This document shows, one piece after another, positions 20,401-24,651 of a stretch of DNA of 58,770 nt (position 1 is its first letter; each line of letters starts with the position of its first letter). A program made the translations under genes and the position numbers. The stretch is from an uncultured Candidatus Saccharibacteria bacterium (lineage in GTDB: Bacteria; Patescibacteriota; Minisyncoccia; Phycocordibacterales; Zambryskibacteraceae). The notes below the pieces were generated by a model. That model made no database searches. It was given only the letters and a program-made list of their open reading frames with translations, and had not been told where the DNA came from. The stretch lies in assembly GCA_964646785.1 (NCBI GenBank), contig CAZYGU010000002.1, positions 1-58,770 on the forward strand. The letters run 5' to 3'.

Positions 20401-21960
20401 ACAATCACAGGACTTTCAAACGGGACCGCGTACACATTTACTGTAACTGCAAGTAATGCTGTTGGTACAAGTACTGCGTCTACCGCTTCAAATTCAGTAA
20501 CACCAGCTACGTCACCAGATGCACCAACAAATGTTGCCGCAAGTATTGGTGATACAAGTGCGACAGTAACTTGGTCAACTCCTGCATTTAATGGAGGATC
20601 AGCAATTACTATATATACCGTAACTGCAAGTAGTGGTGGACATACCGCAACAAGTACTGGAAATTCTGCTGTAGTTCTTGGTCTTACAAATGGTATTTCG
20701 TACACATTTACTGTGACTGCAAGTAATGTAGTTGGAACTAGTACATCATCAGGAACAAGTAATGCTATAACTCCAGCAACAGTACCAGGAGCACCTACAA
20801 ATCTTGCTGCAACAGTGCAAGATAGCAGTATTGATTTGTCATGGACTGCACCCGCATCAAATGGCGGAACTTCAATTACGGATTATATTATTGAATACAA
20901 GCTTTCAAGTGGAGGCACATGGTCAACTTTTAGCGATGGAGTAGGTACAAGTCCATTCGTTACTGTCACAAGTCTTTCAAATGATAATGCATATGACTTT
21001 AGAGTTGTTGCAAAAAATGCGATTGGTCTTGGAGCATCATCAACTCCAGTAAGTGCAACACCGGGTGCACCTGCACAAGTACTGATTCAAGGATTCTCAG
21101 ATACAACTATACCGACCATTGGCACAAATGTTCGAATAACAAATGAAGGATCTGTTGCATATGAATATCAATATACATGGTGTGTTACTGATTCAAGTAG
21201 TAACCAATGTGGTGGTGGAGATGATGTTTTTAGTTCAACAGCAGCAAAATTAGTTCAACCAGCCGAAAACTTCGATACGACACTAAATTCTACCGTTCCA
21301 ATTGCTGGAAATTATTGGTTCCATCTTAATGTAAATTTTGGATCTGATTCTTCGCAAGCAAGTCAATCATTTACTGCAACTCCTTCAGGACCAGCAACTG
21401 CTCCAGGTGCTCCTACAATTGGGACAGCAACGGCAGGTGATGGGCAAGCGATTGTTACATTTACTGCACCAGTAAGTGATGGTGGTTCTGCAATTACGTA
21501 TTACACTGTTACATCAGATGTAGGTAGTTTTACCGCCTATAACACATCATCACCAATAACTATCACAGGACTTTCAAACGGAACCGCATACACATTTACT
21601 GTGACAGCTACAAATTCAGTTGGTACAAGTACAGCATCAAGTGCGTCAAATTCTATAACTCCAGTTGCTGCTTCAGGTGGAAACTCAGGAGGAGGCAGTT
21701 CAGGTGGAAGTGGCGGTGGTGGAGGAGCTTCTCAATCACCATTACCAGTGGCACCTACACCTATCTCAGGACAATGTGGAATTTCAGATGTAAACTGTGA
21801 TGGAAAAGTTAATTCAGTTGATTTCTCAATTATGCTTGCATTTTGGAAAACAAAACCTCCATTTAAAAATCCAGCTGTAGATTTAAATAAAGATGGTAAG
21901 GTTGATTCAGTTGATTTCTCAATTCTGCTTTACTATTGGGGTAGAAAATACAAAATCTAA
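5467..21960 (+). CDS. giant secreted surface protein (5,497 aa): N-terminal head, GLUG-motif glycine-rich repeat region, 16 FN3 modules, C-terminal dockerin
   Basis: One uninterrupted 16,494-nt ORF. Its parts are:
- a Sec-type signal peptide, MFTRTFSLRILSLTKIILVCFFVACVFPLFANA|DD
- a non-repetitive head (about aa 34-360)
- a WVGGTGDWSDAANHW beta-helix-like segment
- the lead-in NPFTGIFDGNNFAINNLYI, followed by about 50 YAGGLVGxNxGxIxNSYATGNV cores
- the repeat-region close YWDITTSG...GKTTTQMKQQATFVGWDF
- FN3 modules
- a G/S linker
- a duplicated DxNxDGKVxSVDFS segment
An in-frame stop at 5455-5457 fixes the start at ATG 5467. Confidence 0.9.
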   Translation: MFTRTFSLRILSLTKIILVCFFVACVFPLFANADDTLSVTPESETTQIADTSLIPEITSTQSTENNSTNSVSIETPVEPVVEDGPSTTLSDEANVLTTHEEVSYVDLSTSTPTTTVQITSDVSDEDVENVDAATSSSGSVSALSTLPTIIETYDGTGKTVVVSATPEQELITPMINVPVHTQIPEIFKVGQENQIKIKWQNNGNEEMSFVATDEDSNGYIDHVAWVVPHLSTQTFSIIYISNALQLDSDKNVIADIYNVVRNVDGAYAPLLNGQFVRVTFEQILDNTKDITLYARPHNERDSVRVEIYTLDGSYITTIDAIDHDGKYRVLLTDLATSTDTFDLKIIGDIDIDQIIDPAPATAYWVGGTGDWSDAANHWAASSNGAPGAGNAPDATSNVVFDASSGGAATVVTIDTNVTVGSMTISGYTGTILQNANLSITNSGGRSGNYTQNSAVTFTAINPGTNTLSVTGSFTLNAGVFRRYTGLGISSDPFLIFDVYGLQAMKTTATSTYKLNNNIDAATTTGWNTGAGFDPVGTLANPFTGIFDGNNFAINNLYISTTTSSYVGLFGYSTNLVKNVSILDVSISATSTAGTVGSTGANGSDGAATSNGVAGGAGTAGSTLYLGGVVGYNTGTITNVSVTGNIIGTGGAGGAGGNGGNGGNITTGANAGGTGGAAASNAAATGGLAYVGGVVGYSQQGSITLATSSASVTGVGGAGGSSGNAGNGGNGSVAGVGTGTGGAGGAAGVAGAGNIAYVGGLIGWVNAGTIDESYATGNVTARGGAGGNAGTSGTGGNAGVGGGGANLGGIGGAGAAGGAAGTTYAGGLVGNNSGTIENGSYATGIVQATGGTPGNASAGSSGGASAAGSVIAAASGATAIGGAGGAGAIAYAGGLVAQNNTPGFINGSISNVYSTGSVTATGTAGKNGAAGGAGGSASLTTTGTGGVGGAAGNGGAGGAAYSGGLVGINLGSIITANSLTGVVTVVGGDGGIGGTGGSGGAKGSAGTSGAGGASGAGGSAAISSTYAGGLVGSNTGTIRFAYSTNAVNGQAGAGGAGGTGVAAQTGLAGLAGGTGGAAGVLYIGGVVGNNTLAIVDSYHTTGNINGTAGAGGAAGAGGAGGTWSGGTQGAAGTAIIGGIVYAGGVVGNNTGTSLLNVYSTVDVTGTSGAGGAGANGGAGYTFTTGVAGVAGSVGLTGGIAYVGGVVGFLNNGEIQNSYSTGTITAQGGNGGNGGNGGNGGAGTAGTGGVGGAGAAGGTGGAAFAGGVAGNIVLGTVSGSYNTGNIIVNGGNGGTAGNGGSGGIGGTSFAGGTGTVAGAGGAGAAAAGGGVAGQSAGVIQASSYSTGNVTSTGGTAQVGGIGGNGGASTGTFVGAGAVGGAGGAGGAGAIAYAAGISGNNTNTIQNSYASGIMSAVASAGANGGAAGLGGSNASGGSSSTGAAGANGGAGGASAVAYAGGIAGLNTAIITNTYIESGSASSLGSAGGAGIVGGVGGTAGTGALGAIGGTGGAGAGGGIGYAGGLVAFNSAGTINNSHSFITASSTGGTSGIGGNGGGGGYGSTGGTGGIGVVGAAGYAGGAVGMNTGVINNSYATGNAIATGGAGSSNGAGGNGGSSSTSAGGAGGAAGAATTNLGGVGYAGGLVGFNSTNGSIQGASHASGNATSTGGTGASGLTGGSGASSTGAFTGGTGVAGGAGLAGGVAAAGGLIGFNSGSVASDSYAGGNAYANGGNGGNGGNGGNGGASGAGVVGVAGVGGGAGLTGGAAYAGGVIGNDSVLGTTISIPNTTGTVASLGGTGGTGGSGGNGGNGGSTAGAIGGAGGTAGAGGNGGLAASGGVLGFNAGVIHDVTYTITSITALGGVAGTGGTGGNAGASGNVAASAGATAGNGGAGGIGGATYIGGLVGDNSGVIVDSIVTGSLTAVGRNGGNGGNGGVGGSGSLGTGGHAGGIGGAGGNGSSGGAVYIGGLAGQGNGNIQKSRAIGGTITVTVGGNGGTAGAGAAGGAGGSGSGKNGVGGAGGTGGVIGAVYAGGAIGFNSLVSVLIDTVYSTNNVVVTAGNGGDGGAGVAGVNGAAGSAGGGGGGGGAVGVAVYGGGLEGYNSGAAQNIFNSYATGNVTVTGGNGGTGQVGGAGAAAISAVVGGAGANGGIGGAGGFAYGGGLVGFTNTLVAIASTTASGNITVLAGNGGNAGNGGAGSTGGAGQVGGTGGTGGAAGLGGASYAGGLIGLVTSGDISNSYSTGFVQGTSGNGGNSGAGGAGGAGGSSVAGTAGTAGTVGANGGVNYTGGLVGDNTSSILNSYHIGGAVTATSGNGGNGGAGGNGGASGSITNGTAVAGGAGGNGGVGGAVSVGGLVGRNGVTAVSATITNSYATTSVTVLGGNGGNGGVGGNGGNGSAGTNHIGGVGGAGGAGGAAATGLATSVQAGGLVGQNVLGTITSSYAQTGTVTATGGNGGTPALGGTGGIGTGTAVYGAGGAGANGGAGGAVYSGGLVGYTTGVVEAGSYSITSLVLTGGSGANGTAGISASNNTGAAGSVPGAGGASGVVYAGGLAGYSTSDVISSYASYDSVSGKGNITITGGTPGNGGNAGNGGSGLAAGGAGGAGGLGTAGIGGAASGAFAGGLIGFSSGIITSSYATNLTISGTEQNGGQGGTGGNGGTGVGAFNGGVGTIGGNGGAGGVRAFGGLVGDFISTIGTIQGFSYSTVNISVTSGNGGQGGTGGNGGTSGASQSSGTAAVAGVGGNGGAGAAAYGGGLVGRITGTTQIMRISNSNATGNVSVVGGNGGNGGQGGNGGNGSTGSATHAGATGGLGGVSGVGGEADAGGLVGVSNLTSGSIDFLTLNATGNVSATGGNGGTQGTGGNGGASASGAAGGAGGGSVLTPPAGGAAYAGGLIGIHRVTITPAGSGVINSYATGVVTAQGGVGAAGNTGGNGGTGGTIGGAGGAGGASGIGGEADAGGLVGLTSVTTGFIHYLDNRSATGTVTATGGQSGIGGNAGSSTVGGSGAGGSTGASGASAAGGAAYAGGLVGQINASASNNLQITTNYSTRNVSATGGASGNGGVGIIGGNGGTASIGGVGGAGGASGAGGASYAGGLVGTNGTAALAGGGIIEDVSYATGNVTSTSGNVGVAGNGGDGGQSNSGTATTAAAGGAVGTTGAGGAAYAGGLVGINAATGVILNSYAAGLVTSLARNGGQGGTGGNGGSASLSTGTGGPGTIGGAGGAGGDSYAGGLIGYNVNALNTVTTSSAIGATVSGTSGNGGQGGTGGNGGAAGIAAAGGAAGAGAAAGNAGTLYIGGLIGRNDGTVQTYSYSTSNVVGVAGTGGTGGTGGNGADGSVGTSGNGGNGGVGGAAAAGGAGGIAYAGGFVGRNETTRVIKDSYSLGSLTVSGGAGGVGGLGGNGGDGGDGASAGTGGTGGNAGASGAGTGGGVKYGGGFAGYNLGNILTVYSLGLVSITGSDGGAGGNGGNAGNGGNGGATGTGGTGGNQGTTSNAGNGGVLHAGGLIGYNFTAGVVSNSWTAGSVTTFGGNGGTAGTRGASGTGGNGGTLAGGNGGTSVAGSAGGAGGASIAGGLVGSNITTGSFTNSYASTTVTMTGGNGSIGGTGGKGGNGGVGGIGGSGNGGTGQAGSIGGNGGTGGAVTGGGLVGDNTGAITNAYAQGNITASAGTPANGGTGGAGGNGGAAGGGSVGVNGSGANGGQGGAGANALVGGLLGSQATSLASSTYSYGVPTATKSTGVSGGAGGAAGTGGSGGSAGSTGATGASTALQYAGGIVGNPVSGTWASSYWDITTSGKTDGAGNATTPTNTLGKTTTQMKQQATFVGWDFTIFPVWDIVQTTTYPYFNYQTTPDAPTNVTAVAGNGQATITFTPPANMGGGQILSYTVTSSPGGFTATAGASPIVVTGLTNGVAYTFTVTATNANGTSVSSATSNAVTPATVPDAPTIGTATRGNGQATITFTPPVSNGGSTILYYTVSSNIGGFTAYGGSSPITITGLSNGVSYTFTVTATNAVGTSTASATTNSVTPATVPDAPTIGTATAGNGQATITFTPPVSNGGDSITYYTVTSNTGGFVAYGGSSPIVITGLSNGVSYTFTVTATNAVGTSTASATTNSVTPATVPDAPTIGTATAGNGQATITFTPPVSNGGSVITSYTVYSSTGGFTATGGSSPITITGLSNGTAYTFTVKATNAIGDSVSSSATNSVTPATVPDAPTSVTAVRGNGQATISFSAPLSDGGSAITYYTVYSSSGGLVAYGASSPITITGLSNGTSYAFTVTATNAVGTSTVSSASNTVSPATVPDAPTIGTATVGNGQATISFTPPVNDGYSSVLYYTVTSNTGGFTVYSGTSPVVITGLTNGTTYNFTVTATNAVGTSSPSSATNSVVPVTVPSAPTSVTATAGNGQATISFTASASDGGSAITTYTVSSNIGGFTATGGSSPITITGLSNGTTYTFTVTASNAYGTSTQSATSNAVTPATVPDAPTSVSAVMGNGQATISFSAPSSDGGSAITYYTVYSNTGGFTATGGSSPITITGLNNGTTYTFTVKATNAVGTSTASGTSNAVTPATVPDAPTIGTATAGNGQATITFTPPVNTGGASISYYTVTSNVGVFTTYSASSPVTITGLSNGTTYTFTVTATNSVGTSTASSPTNSVVPATVPDAPTSVTAVRGDGQATITFSAPSSDGGSPITIYTVASNIGGFVATGGSSPIIITGLNNGTAYTFTVTARNSVGTSASSTASNSITPASAPGAPTSVTAVRGNGEATISFSTPSSNGGSAITYYTVSSNIGGFTAYGGSSPITITGLSNGTAYTFTVTATNAVGTSTQSATSNSVTPATLPDAPTGVTAVRGDGEATISFSAPSSDGGSAITYYTVYSNTGGFTATGGSSPITITGLNNGTTYTFTVKATNAVGTSTASGTSNAVTPAGAPGAPTGVTAVRGDGQATITFTPPISNGGSAITTYTVTSNIGGFTATGGSSPITITGLSNGTAYTFTVTASNAVGTSTASTASNSVTPATSPDAPTNVAASIGDTSATVTWSTPAFNGGSAITIYTVTASSGGHTATSTGNSAVVLGLTNGISYTFTVTASNVVGTSTSSGTSNAITPATVPGAPTNLAATVQDSSIDLSWTAPASNGGTSITDYIIEYKLSSGGTWSTFSDGVGTSPFVTVTSLSNDNAYDFRVVAKNAIGLGASSTPVSATPGAPAQVLIQGFSDTTIPTIGTNVRITNEGSVAYEYQYTWCVTDSSSNQCGGGDDVFSSTAAKLVQPAENFDTTLNSTVPIAGNYWFHLNVNFGSDSSQASQSFTATPSGPATAPGAPTIGTATAGDGQAIVTFTAPVSDGGSAITYYTVTSDVGSFTAYNTSSPITITGLSNGTAYTFTVTATNSVGTSTASSASNSITPVAASGGNSGGGSSGGSGGGGGASQSPLPVAPTPISGQCGISDVNCDGKVNSVDFSIMLAFWKTKPPFKNPAVDLNKDGKVDSVDFSILLYYWGRKYKI
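7084..16840 (+). repeat. in-frame array of about 50 GLUG-type repeats separated by (GGxGGxG)n glycine-rich spacers
   Basis: The core [YF]-[AVIG]-G-G-[LVIF]-[VIA]-G-x-N-x-G-x-I-x-x-S-Y-[AS]-T-G-x-V recurs about every 55-75 aa. I counted about 50 by eye. The spacers look like GGAGGNGGNGGNGG. Coding-strand GGN codons create long stop-free shadow ORFs in the other frames. Confidence 0.8.
17002..21066 (+). repeat. 15 tandem fibronectin type III modules (90 aa / 270 nt period)
   Basis: Repeating unit: TVPDAPT(I/S)(G/V)TA(T/V)xGNGQATI(T/S)F(T/S)xPxSxGGSxITxYTVxSNxGGFTAxGGSSPITITGLSNGTxYTFTVTATNAVGTSTxSxxSNxVTPA. Two pairs of internal DNA repeats are exact: 17434-17628 = 17704-17898 and 18949-19133 = 20029-20213. 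Confidence 0.85.
21397..21666 (+). repeat. 16th FN3 module, separated from the array by a unique 110-aa insert (21067-21396)
   Basis: TAPGAPTIGTATAGDGQAIVTFTAPVSDGGSAITYYTVTSDVGSFTAYNTSSPITITGLSNGTAYTFTVTATNSVGTSTASSASNSITPV. Confidence 0.8.
21787..21939 (+). other. type-I-like dockerin module (two Ca-binding loop + helix repeats) at the extreme C-terminus of the giant protein
   Basis: The two repeats are DVNCDGKVNSVDFSIMLAFW and DLNKDGKVDSVDFSILLYYW. Both fit the dockerin D-x-N-x-D-G-x-(V/I)-(N/D)-x-x-D loop followed by an amphipathic helix. They are preceded by a GGNSGGGSSGGSGGGGG linker. Confidence 0.75.
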
Positions 21961-22830
21961 ATGAAATATTTATTACAAACATATATATGTGCACTAGGTA
22001 TTTTTACACTATGGTTAATTCCTTCGTATGTATTTGGAGCACAGCTGTATCTGACAGCAAGTCATGATGTTGTTTCAGTTGGTGATACATTGCTTATTCA
22101 TGCACAACTTGATACAGAAAATGAGCTACTTAATGCAATTGAAGGAACAGTACTTCTTGATTCAAAAGCAGAATATGAGTTTAATACTGCTGGATCAGTT
22201 TTTACTATATGGCCTACTGCACCTACTGCATCTCTTGAAACACAGAAAGTCTCATTTGTTGGAGGTGTACCTGATGGTGTTAATTCATCTAAAGCTTCAG
22301 TTTTTAATATTGCTGTAAAATTTACTAAAGAAGGAATTATATCTATTGCTCCTGAAAAAATTACTGCATACAAAAATGACGGAAAGGGAACAGCTGTTCC
22401 TGTCGTTATTAAGAGTATTTCAGTTCGTGTGGTTCAAAAAACTCAAGATACTAAGTCAATTGATGAGTGGACTAACACAAAATCAACTGACACTGAGCCA
22501 CCTCTTCCATTTTCTATTACTCTTGGAAAAGACAGTACAGTGTATGACGGTAAGCAATTTATTGTATTTTCTACAGCAGATAAGGGTTCAGGTGTTGATT
22601 ACTATGAAGTAACAGAAGGTGATTTTGCACCAGTACAAAGTGATGGTGTATATGTTTTAAAAAATGAATTGGGAAATGAATTAATTACAGTATCTGCATA
22701 CGATAAAGCAGGAAATGTTCGTACAGAAACATTTACTCAATCACCAGTATCACACTCAGTACGAAATAGTATTATTATATTTGTAGTATGTATGATAATT
22801 TTTGTCGTATTATATAGAAGACGAACATGA
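21961..22830 (+). CDS. membrane-anchored cohesin-domain protein (small paralogue)
   Basis: The ATG directly follows the TAA of the giant gene. It has a signal peptide (…LIPSYVFG|AQ). The cohesin-like module spans about aa 27-157 (nt 22039-22431): LYLTASHDVVSVGDTLLIHAQLDT...LNAIEGTVLLD...FTIWPT...VSFVGGVPDG...ASVFNIAVKFTKEG. This is followed by an Ig-like module with GVDYYEV...AYDKAGNV, a C-terminal TM helix (IIIFVVCMIIFVVLY) and an RRRT stop-transfer tail. Confidence 0.75.
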   Translation: MKYLLQTYICALGIFTLWLIPSYVFGAQLYLTASHDVVSVGDTLLIHAQLDTENELLNAIEGTVLLDSKAEYEFNTAGSVFTIWPTAPTASLETQKVSFVGGVPDGVNSSKASVFNIAVKFTKEGIISIAPEKITAYKNDGKGTAVPVVIKSISVRVVQKTQDTKSIDEWTNTKSTDTEPPLPFSITLGKDSTVYDGKQFIVFSTADKGSGVDYYEVTEGDFAPVQSDGVYVLKNELGNELITVSAYDKAGNVRTETFTQSPVSHSVRNSIIIFVVCMIIFVVLYRRRT

Positions 22831-24566
22831 AATTTTTTTTGAACAATATATATAGCGTTCTATTTATATTTTTGTGTTTTTTTTGTATACCATTTTGTAT
22901 TAACGCAGCAACACTATCGTTGTCGCCAAGTACGAATACGGTGAGTCCGGGAAATATCCTTAATGTTTCAGTATTAGTAAATACACAGGGAAAGGTAATA
23001 AACAACAGTGATGCAATTATTCAGTTTCCAACTGATCTTTTGCAAGTTGTTTCTGTAGACACTAGTAGTTCGATTTTTTCTCTATGGGTTGAAAACCCTG
23101 CGTTTTCGAATTCTCTTGGACAAATTACGTTTAATGGAGGAGCGCCAAACCCTGGATATTCTGGTAGTACTGGAAAAATAATTTCAATAACATTTTTAGC
23201 AAAAAAAGCAGGAACTGCGTCACTTATTTTTGGTGATTCATCAATTCGTGAGAATGATGGTCTTGGAACAGATGTACTTACTGGTACAAACCCAACTACA
23301 ATCACAATTGGAAGTACCGTACAGGCTCCTGTCACAACACCTGTTCAGACACCGGTGTCCTCGAATCAGGTTGTTGCAGCACCTGTTGTGACATCATCAT
23401 CACACCCTCAACAAAAATCATGGTACAACAATAGTACTGTTCAAGTTGCTTGGACTTTACCGAGTGATGCTACTTCAGTTAAAACTTTTCTTGGGTCACA
23501 TTCAGATTCAGATACAAGTGTTGTCTATAAACCTATAATTACTTCAAAAACTATCGATAAGCTGGAAGATGGTGTTTGGTATTTTCATGTGAATTATCAA
23601 ACGCCTCGGGGTTGGTCTAAAGTAGCACACTATAAGCTTCAAATAGATACAGTAAATCCAAAGAATTTTAGCTTATTAGTTACCAAGGGTGACCAAGGTG
23701 GCGCAAAGGTTAGTGTAAGTGCTCAAGATGAACTGTCAGGTGTAGATCACTATACAATCTCAGTTGATAATGCTGAGCCAATTGTAATTCCGTCCGATAC
23801 CGAAACAGCTGATCCGCTGTATATCCCAATTCTTACCACAGGTGATCATTTGATTATTGCAAAAGCATATGACAAAGCAGGAAATGTTGCTGAAACGAGC
23901 TCACATGTCGTGACTGATGTTGCATCAACGGTGAGTATCGATTCATATCCAACATCAATCGCAGTTAATGACAGTATTAATGTGTCTGGAGTTGCACCTT
24001 ACCAGAATGCACCGTTAACTGTGTCATTAAAGTTCGGAAATGATCAGGTACAAACATACTCAATATCGTCAGACAGTAGCTCGACCTACCACTTTATAAG
24101 TCCTCCGATTACTGAAAAGGGTAGCTACACACTTTGGGTTGATTTAAAAAAGGCAGATGGAAGTGTTAGTCTATCTTCGAAAAAGGTCTCAATTGAAGTA
24201 ACAAAACCAGTACTTCTTCAAATTGGATCATTTACAACAGGGCTTCTTACTGTTTTGATCCCACTTGTTGCAATGATATTCACCCTACTGTTTCTTGTAT
24301 ATATTGGTTGGTACAAATTCTTCATGCTTCGTAAACGTCGCCATGCAGAGTTTAAACGAATCGAAGATAGTGTGCATCATTCTCTTCAAGTATTATCGAG
24401 TGAGTTATTTAAGCAGTTTGATCTTGTTGAGAAAGTCAGTAAATCACGAAGTAGTAGTGCTGAAGAGAAACAAGCCATGAAAGATCTCAAGGAAGCAATT
24501 TCAGATATTGATGTCTACATTGATATGCAAATCAAGAAAATAGAAAAAAACGAAACCAAGGATTAG
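22827..24566 (+). CDS. membrane-anchored cohesin-domain protein (large paralogue) with a cytoplasmic coiled-coil tail
   Basis: The start overlaps the upstream stop (ATGA, 22827-22830). It has a signal peptide (…CIPFCINA|A). The cohesin-like module spans aa 28-162 (nt 22908-23312): LSLSPSTNTVSPGNILNVSVLVNTQGKVINNSDAIIQFPTDLLQVVSV...SLWVENPAFSNSLGQITFNGGAPNPGYSGSTGKIISITFLAKKAGTASLIF. It then has a TPV-rich linker, SSSHPQQKSWY, beta-rich modules sharing GVDHYTI...AYDKAGNV with the paralogue, a TM helix (about 24241-24315) and an ~85-aa charged tail. Confidence 0.8.
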   Translation: MKFFLNNIYSVLFIFLCFFCIPFCINAATLSLSPSTNTVSPGNILNVSVLVNTQGKVINNSDAIIQFPTDLLQVVSVDTSSSIFSLWVENPAFSNSLGQITFNGGAPNPGYSGSTGKIISITFLAKKAGTASLIFGDSSIRENDGLGTDVLTGTNPTTITIGSTVQAPVTTPVQTPVSSNQVVAAPVVTSSSHPQQKSWYNNSTVQVAWTLPSDATSVKTFLGSHSDSDTSVVYKPIITSKTIDKLEDGVWYFHVNYQTPRGWSKVAHYKLQIDTVNPKNFSLLVTKGDQGGAKVSVSAQDELSGVDHYTISVDNAEPIVIPSDTETADPLYIPILTTGDHLIIAKAYDKAGNVAETSSHVVTDVASTVSIDSYPTSIAVNDSINVSGVAPYQNAPLTVSLKFGNDQVQTYSISSDSSSTYHFISPPITEKGSYTLWVDLKKADGSVSLSSKKVSIEVTKPVLLQIGSFTTGLLTVLIPLVAMIFTLLFLVYIGWYKFFMLRKRRHAEFKRIEDSVHHSLQVLSSELFKQFDLVEKVSKSRSSSAEEKQAMKDLKEAISDIDVYIDMQIKKIEKNETKD

Positions 24567-24609
24567 TGGTTTATGTACTAATGCTTTTGCTCTTATCATG
24601 TAAAAAATA

Positions 24610-24635
24610 CCGCCCCGATCATTTGATCGGGGCGG
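24610..24635 (-). terminator. GC-rich hairpin terminator; functional T-run on the minus strand, possibly bidirectional
   Basis: ccgccccgatc (24610-24620) pairs with gatcggggcgg (24625-24635), an 11-bp perfect stem with a 4-nt loop. On the minus strand it is followed by tatttttta. On the plus strand it is preceded by an A-run only. Confidence 0.65.
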
Positions 24636-24651
24636 GTTGCAAGAGAGACAG

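Noticed and set aside
17643-20705. Minus-strand ORFs inside the FN3 array (17643-17990, 18453-18821, 19476-19727, 19839-20024, 20286-20705).
   Set aside because: They are antisense to a clearly periodic, conserved FN3 coding frame. Their repetitiveness simply mirrors the 270-nt repeat, and they have no independent start or regulatory signals.
17002-21066. Possibility that the regular 270-nt DNA periodicity is a CRISPR array or a non-coding satellite.
   Set aside because: The period is far too long. There is no short-repeat/unique-spacer structure. The repeat is in frame within one ORF and translates to FN3 modules.
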